Below, one piece after another: positions 33,181 to 43,708 of a stretch of 64,000 nucleotides of DNA. Below the pieces are notes generated by a model. That model was not told where the DNA came from. It worked only from the letters and a program-made list of their open reading frames with translations, and searched no databases. Numbering within the stretch: position 1 is the first letter of the stretch; every line of letters begins with the position of its first letter. The stretch is from a virus. Its lineage: Duplodnaviria > Caudoviricetes. Where the stretch lies: IMG/VR virus record IMGVR_UViG_3300028888_000052, one strand, 5' to 3'. A program made the translations under genes and the position numbers.

Positions 33181-33459
33181 TTACATTTTCCAACCCATAG
33201 TAGTTCCAATAGCACCCATTACTAAACGAGAAGTAAGTAATGAACCAAATGAACCTTTTGGATCAACTCCTAAAGCTTTACAAATAGCACCACCAAGTTT
33301 TGGACCTAAAGCAGCACCTAATACAGCACCACCAATAGCACCAAATATACCTTCATTAATTGGTGTTCCATTTTCTTTAGCTTCATTAAGTTTTTGTATT
33401 ATATCATCATATGTCAAATCCTCATTTACTGGATTTGCAATTTCTTCCATTGACTTCAT
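33181..33459 (-). CDS. Small glycine-zipper membrane protein with an acidic N-terminal pro-region
   Basis: ...PINE-GIFGAIGGAVLGAALGPKLGGAI. Confidence 0.65.
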   Translation of the reverse strand: MKSMEEIANPVNEDLTYDDIIQKLNEAKENGTPINEGIFGAIGGAVLGAALGPKLGGAICKALGVDPKGSFGSLLTSRLVMGAIGTTMGWKM

Positions 33460-33466
33460 ATTAAAA

Positions 33467-33871
33467 CTATTTATTTAATTTATTCCAAATTTTATCAAAT
33501 GTCTCTTTGTCAGGTATAGGTATGAAACATCTATCAATAAATACTCCAAGTATATATTGCTCATTTTTAGTTTTCTTACCACTCATATAATCTGCTAAGA
33601 ACCCATCATATAAACCAACATTTTTAGAATTATCTGTACTGTTGTTTGGATCCCCAACTTCGATATTCAAAGAGTCTAAAGTAGCCCAAGCCATACTTGA
33701 AAAATTAATATCTGTTAAAAACATTGGCTCTTGTGAATGTTTACCAGAATTTGCATCCCATTTTTCAATACGTTTAGCAATCATTGATAACATTGAGTTT
33801 TCACCATCTTTGAACATTGATATAATTGATTGTTCTTTATCTTCGGTAATAATATCTTCTATAGTTCTCAT
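33467..33871 (-). CDS. Hypothetical protein, capsid-targeting-like N-terminus
   Basis: MRTIEDIITE. Confidence 0.65.
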   Translation of the reverse strand: MRTIEDIITEDKEQSIISMFKDGENSMLSMIAKRIEKWDANSGKHSQEPMFLTDINFSSMAWATLDSLNIEVGDPNNSTDNSKNVGLYDGFLADYMSGKKTKNEQYILGVFIDRCFIPIPDKETFDKIWNKLNK

Positions 33872-33890
33872 TTTAAATATTGTTTATATA

Positions 33891-34898
33891 TTAAAAATAA
33901 TTCTTTTTTATAGTTTCTTTTATATGTGAGATATTAGATACTTTATCATATAAAATTTCTGGGTGAATGGTATTTGAATATTTATGTATAATTTTTCTAA
34001 TTATTTTATAATCTCCAAAAGTTATGTTATTAGAATTCATCAAATCCCATTTTCTAAAATATATTTTCAAAATATTCATTATAATTAAAGCTCCTAATGC
34101 ATTAGTATGATGTTTTTGAATATCTTCTATATCTCTTGAAAATGCATTTAATTCATAAAATTTATGTATCTTAAAAAAATTTATAACCGGTTGGTCGATA
34201 TTAAAATATTTTATATTATTCTCTAAGCATCCTTGTTTATATAAATCTTCTAATTCTAAACATCTTGGTTTTATTTTTATTACACCATCATCATAACGTG
34301 TAAATGGATATTGTCTACATAAATATTTTTTTCCTTGTGGCCAATATCTACATAATATACCTAAATCAATTGAAATATCATCTTGTTTTTGATCTCTTAG
34401 GGTATTAGCCCCATCCATTATAAAAATTATATCATTATCTGTTGGGTATACTGCTTCAAATTTATGTAATATATGTGTATGCCAATTTAAAGATTTTCCT
34501 GATTGTGAAAAATTAATAAACTCAATATTATCTTTTAAAAAGAATGGAATATATTGTGCATAAGACATATATGTTATTATATCTTTATGATAATAAGAAT
34601 GACTATCACCAATTAAGATAAATTTTCTAGTATTAGTTATTTTTTCTTTATTTATTATTTCGAAATTATATTGTTTTTTTCCAAATACAAAAAATTCAAT
34701 ATCTTTTTCCTTTAACCAACCAGGTTGTGTATGTCTATAAATCCAATTATGATAATTAAATATAATTGTATTTCTATCTTTATTTATATGGCCATAATAT
34801 AAAACACAATTTTTCATACCAAATATTATTATATCATCTGGTTCTTTTATATCTAATAATTTAATTGTAAATTTATATAAACCTACTTCTTCAGTCAT
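33891..34898 (-). CDS. SGNH/GDSL hydrolase-like protein
   Basis: Block I LIGDSH, block II NFSQSG, block III DGAN, block V-like HHTNALG. Confidence 0.65.
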   Translation of the reverse strand: MTEEVGLYKFTIKLLDIKEPDDIIIFGMKNCVLYYGHINKDRNTIIFNYHNWIYRHTQPGWLKEKDIEFFVFGKKQYNFEIINKEKITNTRKFILIGDSHSYYHKDIITYMSYAQYIPFFLKDNIEFINFSQSGKSLNWHTHILHKFEAVYPTDNDIIFIMDGANTLRDQKQDDISIDLGILCRYWPQGKKYLCRQYPFTRYDDGVIKIKPRCLELEDLYKQGCLENNIKYFNIDQPVINFFKIHKFYELNAFSRDIEDIQKHHTNALGALIIMNILKIYFRKWDLMNSNNITFGDYKIIRKIIHKYSNTIHPEILYDKVSNISHIKETIKKNYF

Positions 34899-34945
34899 GA
34901 AATGTTTTAAATATATATCTTTCTATGTCTTCTATATTTAAAAAT

Positions 34946-34970
34946 AAAAAGGAGTAATAAATACTCCTTA
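34946..34970 (-). terminator. Intrinsic terminator downstream of the AAA ATPase
   Basis: AAAAAGGAGTA-ATAAA-TACTCCTT on +, giving a U tract on the - strand. Confidence 0.7.
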
Positions 34971-34974
34971 TATT

Positions 34975-36582
34975 TTAATATTTTTTTCCTCCACGTTGTG
35001 CTTGTAATTTCATTTGTTCTTTAATCATTGACTTACAATCATCATCAGAAAAATCTGGCATCTTTCCACAAGATTCAAAAATTTTAGCACATATTGTGAA
35101 AGTACGAATAGAAACTTCCATCTTAGCATTTGATTCAAGCATTTCTATAAGATAATCATAAGCTTTTATCTTAGATTTAGAGCTTAAATGTTCGGGATCA
35201 AGAGCAGGCATAAGTTTTTTGATAATCTTAAGAATATCTTCTGTTGTGAAGTGAATATCTTGCACAAATGAACGTCCACGAAGAGCAGTATCTAATTGAC
35301 CAGCATTATAGTTTGTGATAACTATTATACCACCTCTATAATAGAATCTCTTAGGAAGTTCTTCACCATCATCATTCATAATCTTACCAGAAACACCATA
35401 AGATACAAGTCTTCCTTCATCATCGGATGTACTATCAAGTGCACCTTTCAAAATATTTATACAATCTTCAGGTGCTTTAGGTCCTACCAATCCATCGGCA
35501 TCATCAATTACAACTATTTGACCTTTATCTTGATATTCATATAAAGTACAATAAAGAACACGAGGAGTACATTTACCTTTAATTGTAAACATACCATGAC
35601 CTTCATGATAATCATGTGCTTTAAGTTGTTGCTTAATACGATATGTTTTACCTACACCAGGAGCACCACAAAGAATTACAGATGGGTTAGTTCCATCAAT
35701 AACCATATTTACATAAGCGGCCATCTTTTTGAAAACTACATCTGGGTCTTCTCTTTCTTGTTCAAATTCCTTTTCAACTTTTTGTTCATCATCATCAGGA
35801 ATATAAGATACTGATAAGTTACGTTTCAAAGCAACTTGAAGTTCTTCCATAGTAGAAGCTCCACCTTTAATAGCTTTTACTATTTCATCATATTCATCTT
35901 TTAAATTATTAAAACGTTGTTTAGCTTCTGGAGATTCTTTTCTATGTAAATAAGCTTCATCTCGTTCAGCACGTTTTCTATTCTTGTAATCTTTTACTTC
36001 ATCATCTGCTTCTTGAATATTCAAAAGATATGCTTCATCAATTATTTCATCTGACATATTTTCTAATATCCTATAACTAAGTGCTCCTACATAATATAAA
36101 GATTCTTTAACACCTTGTCCTTTGAATACAGATCTACCTAAATCTATAGCTTCTTTTTCTGATAAATCATATTTTTGGTTATTTGCTACAGTCCATATAA
36201 TAGGTAAGAAATAAACAATTGATTTACCTAAAGTATAAATTGTTAATGATGATTTTGATTTACCATTAAATAAAAGCTCAAGGTCTTTGAAAAAGTCTAT
36301 TGAATAAACTTCTGTTGTAGATGAAGATTTAATCCAGTTAATTTGGAATAAAGATGTTTGCCCATATTTCTTTCCATGAAGAACCATGAATTGTTTAGAA
36401 TAAACTTCTTTATCACCAATTTTATTAAGAACTATACCTTCTAATGGGATTAAACCATCTATCTTGTCAGTAAGTACTTTAATAATCAAATCTAAAGCTT
36501 TATCAATATTCTTTTCAGAAAAACCTTCATTAATATTAAATTGTTGACGTTTATCTATAAATTCTAAAAATGTTTTTCTCAT
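34975..36582 (-). CDS. AAA+ ATPase (C-terminal) with an uncharacterised N-terminal domain
   Basis: Walker A GAPGVGKT, Walker B VVIDDAD, sensor ITN, ALRGR. Confidence 0.85.
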   Translation of the reverse strand: MRKTFLEFIDKRQQFNINEGFSEKNIDKALDLIIKVLTDKIDGLIPLEGIVLNKIGDKEVYSKQFMVLHGKKYGQTSLFQINWIKSSSTTEVYSIDFFKDLELLFNGKSKSSLTIYTLGKSIVYFLPIIWTVANNQKYDLSEKEAIDLGRSVFKGQGVKESLYYVGALSYRILENMSDEIIDEAYLLNIQEADDEVKDYKNRKRAERDEAYLHRKESPEAKQRFNNLKDEYDEIVKAIKGGASTMEELQVALKRNLSVSYIPDDDEQKVEKEFEQEREDPDVVFKKMAAYVNMVIDGTNPSVILCGAPGVGKTYRIKQQLKAHDYHEGHGMFTIKGKCTPRVLYCTLYEYQDKGQIVVIDDADGLVGPKAPEDCINILKGALDSTSDDEGRLVSYGVSGKIMNDDGEELPKRFYYRGGIIVITNYNAGQLDTALRGRSFVQDIHFTTEDILKIIKKLMPALDPEHLSSKSKIKAYDYLIEMLESNAKMEVSIRTFTICAKIFESCGKMPDFSDDDCKSMIKEQMKLQAQRGGKKY

Positions 36583-36585
36583 TTT

Positions 36586-38265
36586 TTATATAAAATATAT
36601 TTCGACTGGTTGTAATTTTATAAAATCATTCTTATTATCTAATTGTTTCTTATTTGGATAATATTTTATAGATGATATTATAGGCATTTCTAATTTACTA
36701 TTCAAAGATATGTTTCCAAATTTATCTAAACCTGGTTGCATATCAGATTCATACATAACTTTTCTCTTTACATAATCAAATGTTCCATTTATCTCTTTGA
36801 AAACATAATCATAATAATAAGTATTATAATAGCAACTTTCTGCTAAATCAGAATAAAATGTTATTTCTAATGATTTAATAGATTTAATATTATCTAAAAG
36901 ATATTTGGTTAAATCAGATTTAGGTATAAATTGAGTGTTAGTTAATTTATTCATGAAATACAATGCTATATACCTTTTAATAGTGGTTTTTATAGCATCT
37001 CTTTCATAGACATTATCTAATTTCACATAACACATAATAGCAAATTTTCTAATAATTGGATCTTCAAACCTAAGAGTAATTCCAGCAAATGATTTTTGTG
37101 AATTATCTAATGTATTTTGAATCATTTCTTTTTGTGATTCATCTAATAATATCTTATTGTCGGTCAACTCAAAATACTTTTCTGGATTACGTAATTCTTT
37201 AGAAAGATTTTTAGTACATGAGGCAATTACATACATAGAGTTTGTTTCACTCCAACAATTTACAGTACCTATAAAAGAAAATCTCTTGAAGAATAATTCA
37301 AAATTATCTTTAGATGCTAATACTAAAGATCTTGAATTTTTACCTACCATATTACGTATAAATTCAATACTATCTGAATTAGTTCCACCAGATACACATT
37401 TTTGTAATTGCAATATCAAATATCTATTCAAATCTATATTGTTACCAAATACATCTTTACCAACAGCGGCAAATTTGAAATTAGTTACTTCATCTGGTAA
37501 AATATTTCCAGTAACACCAGCATGTTTTAAATATTCAACTCTTATATTTTGACCTTCAATAAGCTTAGTGCCATATATTCCATTACCAAAAATTATATTA
37601 AAAGTATTTTCATAACCAACTTCACAAATATATTCATTTCCATTTTCTGACATATCATAAAGATTAGCTACTTGTTTATATTCAACACCATCTACTAATA
37701 CTTTAAGAGATTCTTTATCAAATAAATCTATAGAATATACACTAAATGTCTCTAATGGTTTTCCTTCTGATACAAAATTATGAACCGAAATGTTTCCTTG
37801 GATGATTTTAAATTCATGGTTAATCAATGGCTTAGAAACATCAACAACATAATAATCAGTTGGCAATTCAATCAAATATGTTACACCAGTATTTTTATTT
37901 ATAATTGGAGTATAATTTTGAATATATATTTTAGTTGTATTAGAATCTAATCCATTATTTAATATCAATTTACAAAGAATTGTTCCTCTAGCTGCTGAAC
38001 CATAAAAAGCATCATAACCGGATATCTTAGCTAATGAATAAACAGATTTTTTACGTGTAGCAGTAAATATATTTTGCTCATTCAAAGCATCTTCAATATA
38101 AAACATCATATTTTGCATTACACCCTTAATACCATCAAATATTACTCCAAATATTTGAGTATGAGTATATTGCAAACCAAGATTATTAAATGTCTTTGAT
38201 AGATATGATCTTATTGTTTGGTCATAATTATCAAAACTAGTTTGTATAATATTAAATAACTTCAT
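36586..38265 (-). CDS. Baseplate wedge subunit, T4 gp6-like
   Basis: E.NIFTA..K.SV..LAK..GY, IIFGNGIYG, VEYL...G..GN, SGG...DSIEFIR. Confidence 0.8.
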   Translation of the reverse strand: MKLFNIIQTSFDNYDQTIRSYLSKTFNNLGLQYTHTQIFGVIFDGIKGVMQNMMFYIEDALNEQNIFTATRKKSVYSLAKISGYDAFYGSAARGTILCKLILNNGLDSNTTKIYIQNYTPIINKNTGVTYLIELPTDYYVVDVSKPLINHEFKIIQGNISVHNFVSEGKPLETFSVYSIDLFDKESLKVLVDGVEYKQVANLYDMSENGNEYICEVGYENTFNIIFGNGIYGTKLIEGQNIRVEYLKHAGVTGNILPDEVTNFKFAAVGKDVFGNNIDLNRYLILQLQKCVSGGTNSDSIEFIRNMVGKNSRSLVLASKDNFELFFKRFSFIGTVNCWSETNSMYVIASCTKNLSKELRNPEKYFELTDNKILLDESQKEMIQNTLDNSQKSFAGITLRFEDPIIRKFAIMCYVKLDNVYERDAIKTTIKRYIALYFMNKLTNTQFIPKSDLTKYLLDNIKSIKSLEITFYSDLAESCYYNTYYYDYVFKEINGTFDYVKRKVMYESDMQPGLDKFGNISLNSKLEMPIISSIKYYPNKKQLDNKNDFIKLQPVEIYFI

Positions 38266-38612
38266 TATTTCAAATCATAATTTCTATATTTTGTTTCTAA
38301 TCCATCATTTACTCTAATTTGAACGTGATACATACCATCATATTCATAATTAATAACATTAACTTCTACTTCAACAGTTAATTGACTTAAAAAATAAGTT
38401 TCACTAATTTTCTCATATATATAATTTCTTAAATCATTTGGTGATGGATTCATTTGCCATAAGAACTGTGTCCAGTTTGTACCAAATTCTGGATAACTTA
38501 TTAGTTCTGTATTTTCGGTATTAAACAATAAATCTAATTCTTGTAAAGCTGCATCTAATTTTGTTTTAATAAATACACTATTATCTAAAGCTAAATCAAT
38601 CATAATTATCAA
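38265..38612 (-). CDS. Baseplate gp25-like protein
   Basis: LLFNT...E....PEFGT....FLW pattern; directly upstream of the gp6-like gene. Confidence 0.65.
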   Translation of the reverse strand: MIIMIDLALDNSVFIKTKLDAALQELDLLFNTENTELISYPEFGTNWTQFLWQMNPSPNDLRNYIYEKISETYFLSQLTVEVEVNVINYEYDGMYHVQIRVNDGLETKYRNYDLK

Positions 38613-40955
38613 TTAATAAATTATCCATTTACCAGATGAGATATATTCATCATCTTGGTTAGTGATTGTATATACACCAGAACCTTTTTGGAATAAGTTG
38701 CTATTCAATGAGAAAATCACATAAATATCATTTCTACCAAATTCAACAAACTCAATTCCTTCAATAATAATCTTAAATGTATCAACTTTATTCATATAAT
38801 TACCCAAGTTAATACCAATATTTTGAGTTAAGTTAGCTCTCATCTTAATATTTTGCAATTCTTGAGTACGATAGAAAATAGGTTTATAAATAATGTTATT
38901 TACACCTACTGAAGATACATGTGAATTATTATCTTCTTCTTTTTTAATAATACAATTTATGTTATTAATGAAATTAAATGGTTGTATCATTGTATTATCT
39001 AATTCTTCATTAAATACCTTTTTAGCTGATTCTATAGCCTTGTTAAAATATTCATTGTTTTGCTCTCTTGAACTATTTTTGATAAATTCAACAGCAGTAT
39101 TGAAAATATCACTTATATGTTCTTTAACATCATTCTTGTCACCATTTAACTTGATTTCTTTCATATCATCATTTATATTATTTAATACATTAAAGCTAAA
39201 AATATTATCATCGTTTATAATATACTTGAAATATTCTTTAGTTATAACAACTGGGTTACTATAAATTACCCTATTTAATATTCTATCTATGAAAATTGTA
39301 CGGGCAATCAATAAATCTGTCAATTGATACCAATGGTCATAGATATTGTTTATATTAAATGAGAAGTCATCTAATTGACTAAAATCAACAGAAACTGTTT
39401 GGTTGTATACTAAATTTTTGAATTGTCCATCAGAAGCTATTTGAATTCTAAAACCTAAGAAATCCATTCCAGTCTCAAAATCTTCTTCGACTTCCCAATC
39501 CCTTAATTCATCATATATTCCATCATAATTCAATTGAATCATACGACGTAATCTTTCTTCAGTTGAAATATCTTCTAATCCTTCCCAAATCAATTCTCCT
39601 TCTTCATCAACATATTGTCTTTTTACAACATAATTCTCAGTACCATCATGCTTGCCTTGGTTATCAAACAATACTAAGAATTTATTCAAGAAATATTCTT
39701 CTCTTTCAGGAAAATCTCTTCTAAGTTTTTCTACCCAATAATAATCATAATAATATTGGTCAATATTGTTATAATATTTATATGCTTCTTTAAATGCCTC
39801 AGAAGTTGTTTTATGATTTTTTATATATTGGTCTCTTTTAGGATATTTGAATTTAGAAAGAATAGATATTTTATGATTCTCATCAAATCCTAATTTAGCT
39901 TTTAATTGGAATTTACAATCTATATTATAGACATCAGTATATAATGAGAGATCTTTTGATAATTGATATGTATTGGTATTCGTATCAATTTTATCATAAG
40001 GGAAAATTGTTATATTAAAAGGATTAGTAATATAATTATTCTCTATAGATATTTGTTGATTCAAATATAATTTTACATTATGTGTCTCATGAGTTACTGG
40101 GTCTTCATCTTCTATAATTCTATATGGTTGTAACAAAAGATTCAATGGGACTAATTGGTTTTCAAACTCAAAATAAGTATCTTTTCTTGAACTAATTTTA
40201 AATTTCATATATCTTTCTGAATTTTCTGATAAGATGTTAGTTATGAAATTCTCATTCTTAGCAGATACTATTGTATTTAGATTTTCATTAAAATAAACAT
40301 TGAATATTTTTTTACCATTATCAACTTTAATTAACTTAAACAAATCATCAATATTAGGTATATGCAATTCGATATATTCTGAATATGTTTGATTTTGATA
40401 AGTAATTTCAGTCTCTGAATTTGTAGTATAATTATTTAATGATTGACAAAAATAATACCAATGTATATTATTGATGTAGTTATCTATGCAAATTATACCT
40501 TTTAACTTTGTCTTGTTATTTGGGTGATAAATTCTTAATAAGTTACATTTAATACGTTTTGGTTTGTTTTCATAATCAACCAATGGATAAATATCATTTC
40601 CATATAAATAGTTTCCATCTGCATCTTTCTTGTAAAATGAATTCTTATTGAAATTCATATTAAAATCCATTGGAGTTACTGAATATCCTGTTATACTTGT
40701 ATTTGGAATAGGAAATACTAATGATTTAACTTTTGGGAACATTTCATCATCACTATCATCTAATTCTTTACTTAAAGATTCCCAAACACTCTTTTGAAAA
40801 ATGTAAATATGAGTATCATTAATAATGCTATTCATAATTGAAAAATTACGAATCATTACATACTCATGTGTTATATTATCAATGTTATCTGTATCTTGGC
40901 TTAATAAATCTATCAAATATTTATAATTGCCGATATTGACAAATTTTCTAATCAT
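38613..40955 (-). CDS. Large hypothetical protein, probably virion-structural
   Basis: 780-aa ORF heading the baseplate operon. Confidence 0.6.
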   Translation of the reverse strand: MIRKFVNIGNYKYLIDLLSQDTDNIDNITHEYVMIRNFSIMNSIINDTHIYIFQKSVWESLSKELDDSDDEMFPKVKSLVFPIPNTSITGYSVTPMDFNMNFNKNSFYKKDADGNYLYGNDIYPLVDYENKPKRIKCNLLRIYHPNNKTKLKGIICIDNYINNIHWYYFCQSLNNYTTNSETEITYQNQTYSEYIELHIPNIDDLFKLIKVDNGKKIFNVYFNENLNTIVSAKNENFITNILSENSERYMKFKISSRKDTYFEFENQLVPLNLLLQPYRIIEDEDPVTHETHNVKLYLNQQISIENNYITNPFNITIFPYDKIDTNTNTYQLSKDLSLYTDVYNIDCKFQLKAKLGFDENHKISILSKFKYPKRDQYIKNHKTTSEAFKEAYKYYNNIDQYYYDYYWVEKLRRDFPEREEYFLNKFLVLFDNQGKHDGTENYVVKRQYVDEEGELIWEGLEDISTEERLRRMIQLNYDGIYDELRDWEVEEDFETGMDFLGFRIQIASDGQFKNLVYNQTVSVDFSQLDDFSFNINNIYDHWYQLTDLLIARTIFIDRILNRVIYSNPVVITKEYFKYIINDDNIFSFNVLNNINDDMKEIKLNGDKNDVKEHISDIFNTAVEFIKNSSREQNNEYFNKAIESAKKVFNEELDNTMIQPFNFINNINCIIKKEEDNNSHVSSVGVNNIIYKPIFYRTQELQNIKMRANLTQNIGINLGNYMNKVDTFKIIIEGIEFVEFGRNDIYVIFSLNSNLFQKGSGVYTITNQDDEYISSGKWIIY

Positions 40956-41012
40956 TTAACATTATACTTATTTATATATAAAAATAATATTCATAAATTA
41001 TTTGCACAAAAA

Positions 41013-41050
41013 TTTGAAATTTTTATTTTATATACTATATTTAATTATCA
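41013..41050 (+). promoter_or_regulatory. Early-type promoter motif
   Basis: TTTGAA-N16-CTATATTT. Confidence 0.7.
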
Positions 41051-41071
41051 AAAAATAAATATTATTAAATA

Positions 41072-41622
41072 ATGAGACCAAGAATCAATTCAACATTTGG
41101 TATAATTAAAAGAAAGGAACTCGATAACTATTTAACAGAAAATCAGGTATATGGTTTTACTGTTAAGGTTAATGAAAGTACTTTTATTTATAGTTACCAT
41201 ATAATGTTTAGAAATACAAGAGAGCAACCAGAAATGCTTTTTATCGAGGTCTCTAAAGCATCTAAATTAGTTCTTAAGGCATGGACTAATAAAGGTAAGA
41301 ATTTCAAGACTATTGATGAACTTAAAAAATATACTAAAAGATGATATCTGAAAGGTTAAAATCAAAGATCAAGAAATATTATGATGAACGTCCATTCTAT
41401 GATACATATCGTGGTTGGACAATTCGTAAGAGAGTTCAAGATTACCGATTACCTATAACAAAAGAAATCTTTCATACAGATATTTTTTACTGTTGTGATG
41501 TGACACCTGGATATAAATCTATTGAAGCAACACAATATGAAGAAGTTCTAAAATGGATAGATAAGCAAATTGAATTAGGAGAGAATCAAAAAGAAGATAT
41601 AAACCTTATAATGGATTTATAA
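41072..41622 (+). other. Two hypothetical genes (41072-41344, 41341-41622)
   Basis: ORF track; ATGA overlap. Confidence 0.7.
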
Positions 41623-41682
41623 GGTAAACATAATAAAAATATTAACGTTATTGAATTTAATAATTCATATTGAAAATTAATT

Positions 41683-42156
41683 ATGATAGGAACTATGACA
41701 TTTAAGAAGTTCACTGGTGAAAAGCTGGAGAACGTATCTGACTACGTAAAGGAGTATGTAGCAGAGCACAAGGGTACGGACATCGAGATTATGATTGGTA
41801 CTGACTCTCAAAACAAGGGTAGGCATACCACTTATTCAACTGTTATTGTACTTTACACACCTGGACATGGTGGACACTGTATTTTCAAACGTTGGAAGAC
41901 AGATAAGGAAAAGGTTCGTCAAGTAAGATTGCTTAAGGAAGTTGAAGAATCTATTAATGTTGCGAATGAGCTTACAGAAGCCGGATGCCCAAAGCCAAAA
42001 TATATTGATATTGACATCAATCCTAATCCACAATATAAGTCTAATGAGGTTTATGCCACAGCTAAAGGTTGGGTAGAGTCTATGGGTTATGAAGTTCGCT
42101 TCAAGACTATTGCACCTCTTGTTACATCAGCAGCTGACTGGCTTGTTAGAATGTAA
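41683..42156 (+). CDS. RNase H-like YkuK/DUF458 family protein
   Basis: IGTDSQ, YSTVIVLY..GHG, RLLKEVEESI, IDIDIN, SN, TSAAD. Confidence 0.85.
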   Translation: MIGTMTFKKFTGEKLENVSDYVKEYVAEHKGTDIEIMIGTDSQNKGRHTTYSTVIVLYTPGHGGHCIFKRWKTDKEKVRQVRLLKEVEESINVANELTEAGCPKPKYIDIDINPNPQYKSNEVYATAKGWVESMGYEVRFKTIAPLVTSAADWLVRM

Positions 42157-42180
42157 AAAAATATATAAAAATACAAAAAT

Positions 42181-42209
42181 AAAGGAGTAACATTTGTTAC
42201 TCCTTTTTT
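42181..42209. terminator. Bidirectional terminator
   Basis: AAAGGAGTAACA-TT-TGTTACTCCTTTTTT; nearly identical to 50562-50587. Confidence 0.85.
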
Positions 42210-42213
42210 ATAT

Positions 42214-43689
42214 TTATTTAATATAAAATCTTTGATTGAATATATTTTCTCTAATTTTGGTTTCAAGTTCATTTGGTATAAATTTTCCCATTTGAAAATA
42301 AATTTGATTATTAATACAATTAAATCTTGCTGTATAATATTTTACTTTTTTAGTATTAGAATATTCCGTTTCATTTGTATATATATAGTTATCAGTTTCT
42401 AAACGATATCTAACATTTGGTAATGATTGACCATCTTGACGCATTATTATATAACTATTATTGTCATAACATTGATTAACATATTCATGACCATCTAATC
42501 CGTATAAATATAATGGGTTAAATTCACCTTGAGTTAAAATTTCTGATGGGATATTATGATTTACAACATAAAAATCATTTTCATTATACATACCACCAGA
42601 GTCAGAAAATGTTTTATTTGTTATTTCAAAATATAATGAATTATTAAAATATGTATTTGGGTTAGCAAAAACATCAATATCACCATATTGTCCTTGAGAA
42701 GTTTTATAAACATCTTCTGATAAATTTTTAATATCTATTAAATATTCTAATACAACATTATTAGAATCATTATTTTGAATTGTAAATGTTGTTGATGAAT
42801 ATTCAGATAAAATTAAATTATCAATTATAATTTCACTATCATGATAAATACAATTTATTAAATTATTTTCTTTATCGAATATTTGTATATTATTTATATT
42901 ACCTAAATATTTTTTATCCTTTTTAAATAAACGTAATTGATAATTAATTTCAAATGCTGAATTATTGGTTATACTTAATTCTCTTTGGTTTGTTAATTCT
43001 TTTACTGTTTCCACTGAAGAAATTTCTAAAATTTTTATAGATGAACCAGAGCCAGAACCAGAACCAGAACCACCACTTGGATAATCAGGATATGTATATT
43101 GTACATTTATAGAATTACTAACTTGATTTCCTTTTATATCAAAAATCATTATATTTGCATCTATATTATGTTGACGAATCATTAATAATTGGTTATTTAA
43201 TTCTTCTATTGATAATGGTAAAGTATTCCATATCATATAAGAAGCCTCATCATTTACAATAATATAAAAATAAGGTATTGTTTTATTTATTTCTATATTA
43301 TTAATATTTTCTATTTCTAAGTATATTTTATATTGATCTTGATTATATGATAATTGTATAAGATCTTCTGATGTTTCAATTTCAATTTGTTCATCATTGT
43401 CGGATCCTGAATCAGAACCAGAACCAGCATTAATAGGCTCTTCTACTTGCTCATCAAATGGAATAATTTCTCCACCATGATTTATAATATATTGTTTCAA
43501 ATCATCGATATGATTGAAAATATTTCTAGGCTTGACAACTGGTACATATTTAGATGAATAGTAAACTTTTTCACATTCTTCTCCATCAAATAAAGCAGAT
43601 ACATTTACATCTTCTGCTCTACCTATTTTAAGACCATTGTCATTAAAGTTTTGGCCTAAATGTATAAGGGATATTTTTCTTAATGCCAT
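42214..43689 (-). CDS. Hypothetical modular protein with Gly-Ser linkers (possible fibre/decoration protein)
   Basis: GSGSDSGSD and SGGSGSGSGSGSS linkers separate beta-rich segments. Confidence 0.55.
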   Translation of the reverse strand: MALRKISLIHLGQNFNDNGLKIGRAEDVNVSALFDGEECEKVYYSSKYVPVVKPRNIFNHIDDLKQYIINHGGEIIPFDEQVEEPINAGSGSDSGSDNDEQIEIETSEDLIQLSYNQDQYKIYLEIENINNIEINKTIPYFYIIVNDEASYMIWNTLPLSIEELNNQLLMIRQHNIDANIMIFDIKGNQVSNSINVQYTYPDYPSGGSGSGSGSGSSIKILEISSVETVKELTNQRELSITNNSAFEINYQLRLFKKDKKYLGNINNIQIFDKENNLINCIYHDSEIIIDNLILSEYSSTTFTIQNNDSNNVVLEYLIDIKNLSEDVYKTSQGQYGDIDVFANPNTYFNNSLYFEITNKTFSDSGGMYNENDFYVVNHNIPSEILTQGEFNPLYLYGLDGHEYVNQCYDNNSYIIMRQDGQSLPNVRYRLETDNYIYTNETEYSNTKKVKYYTARFNCINNQIYFQMGKFIPNELETKIRENIFNQRFYIK

Positions 43690-43708
43690 ATATTAGTTTA
43701 TATTTTAT

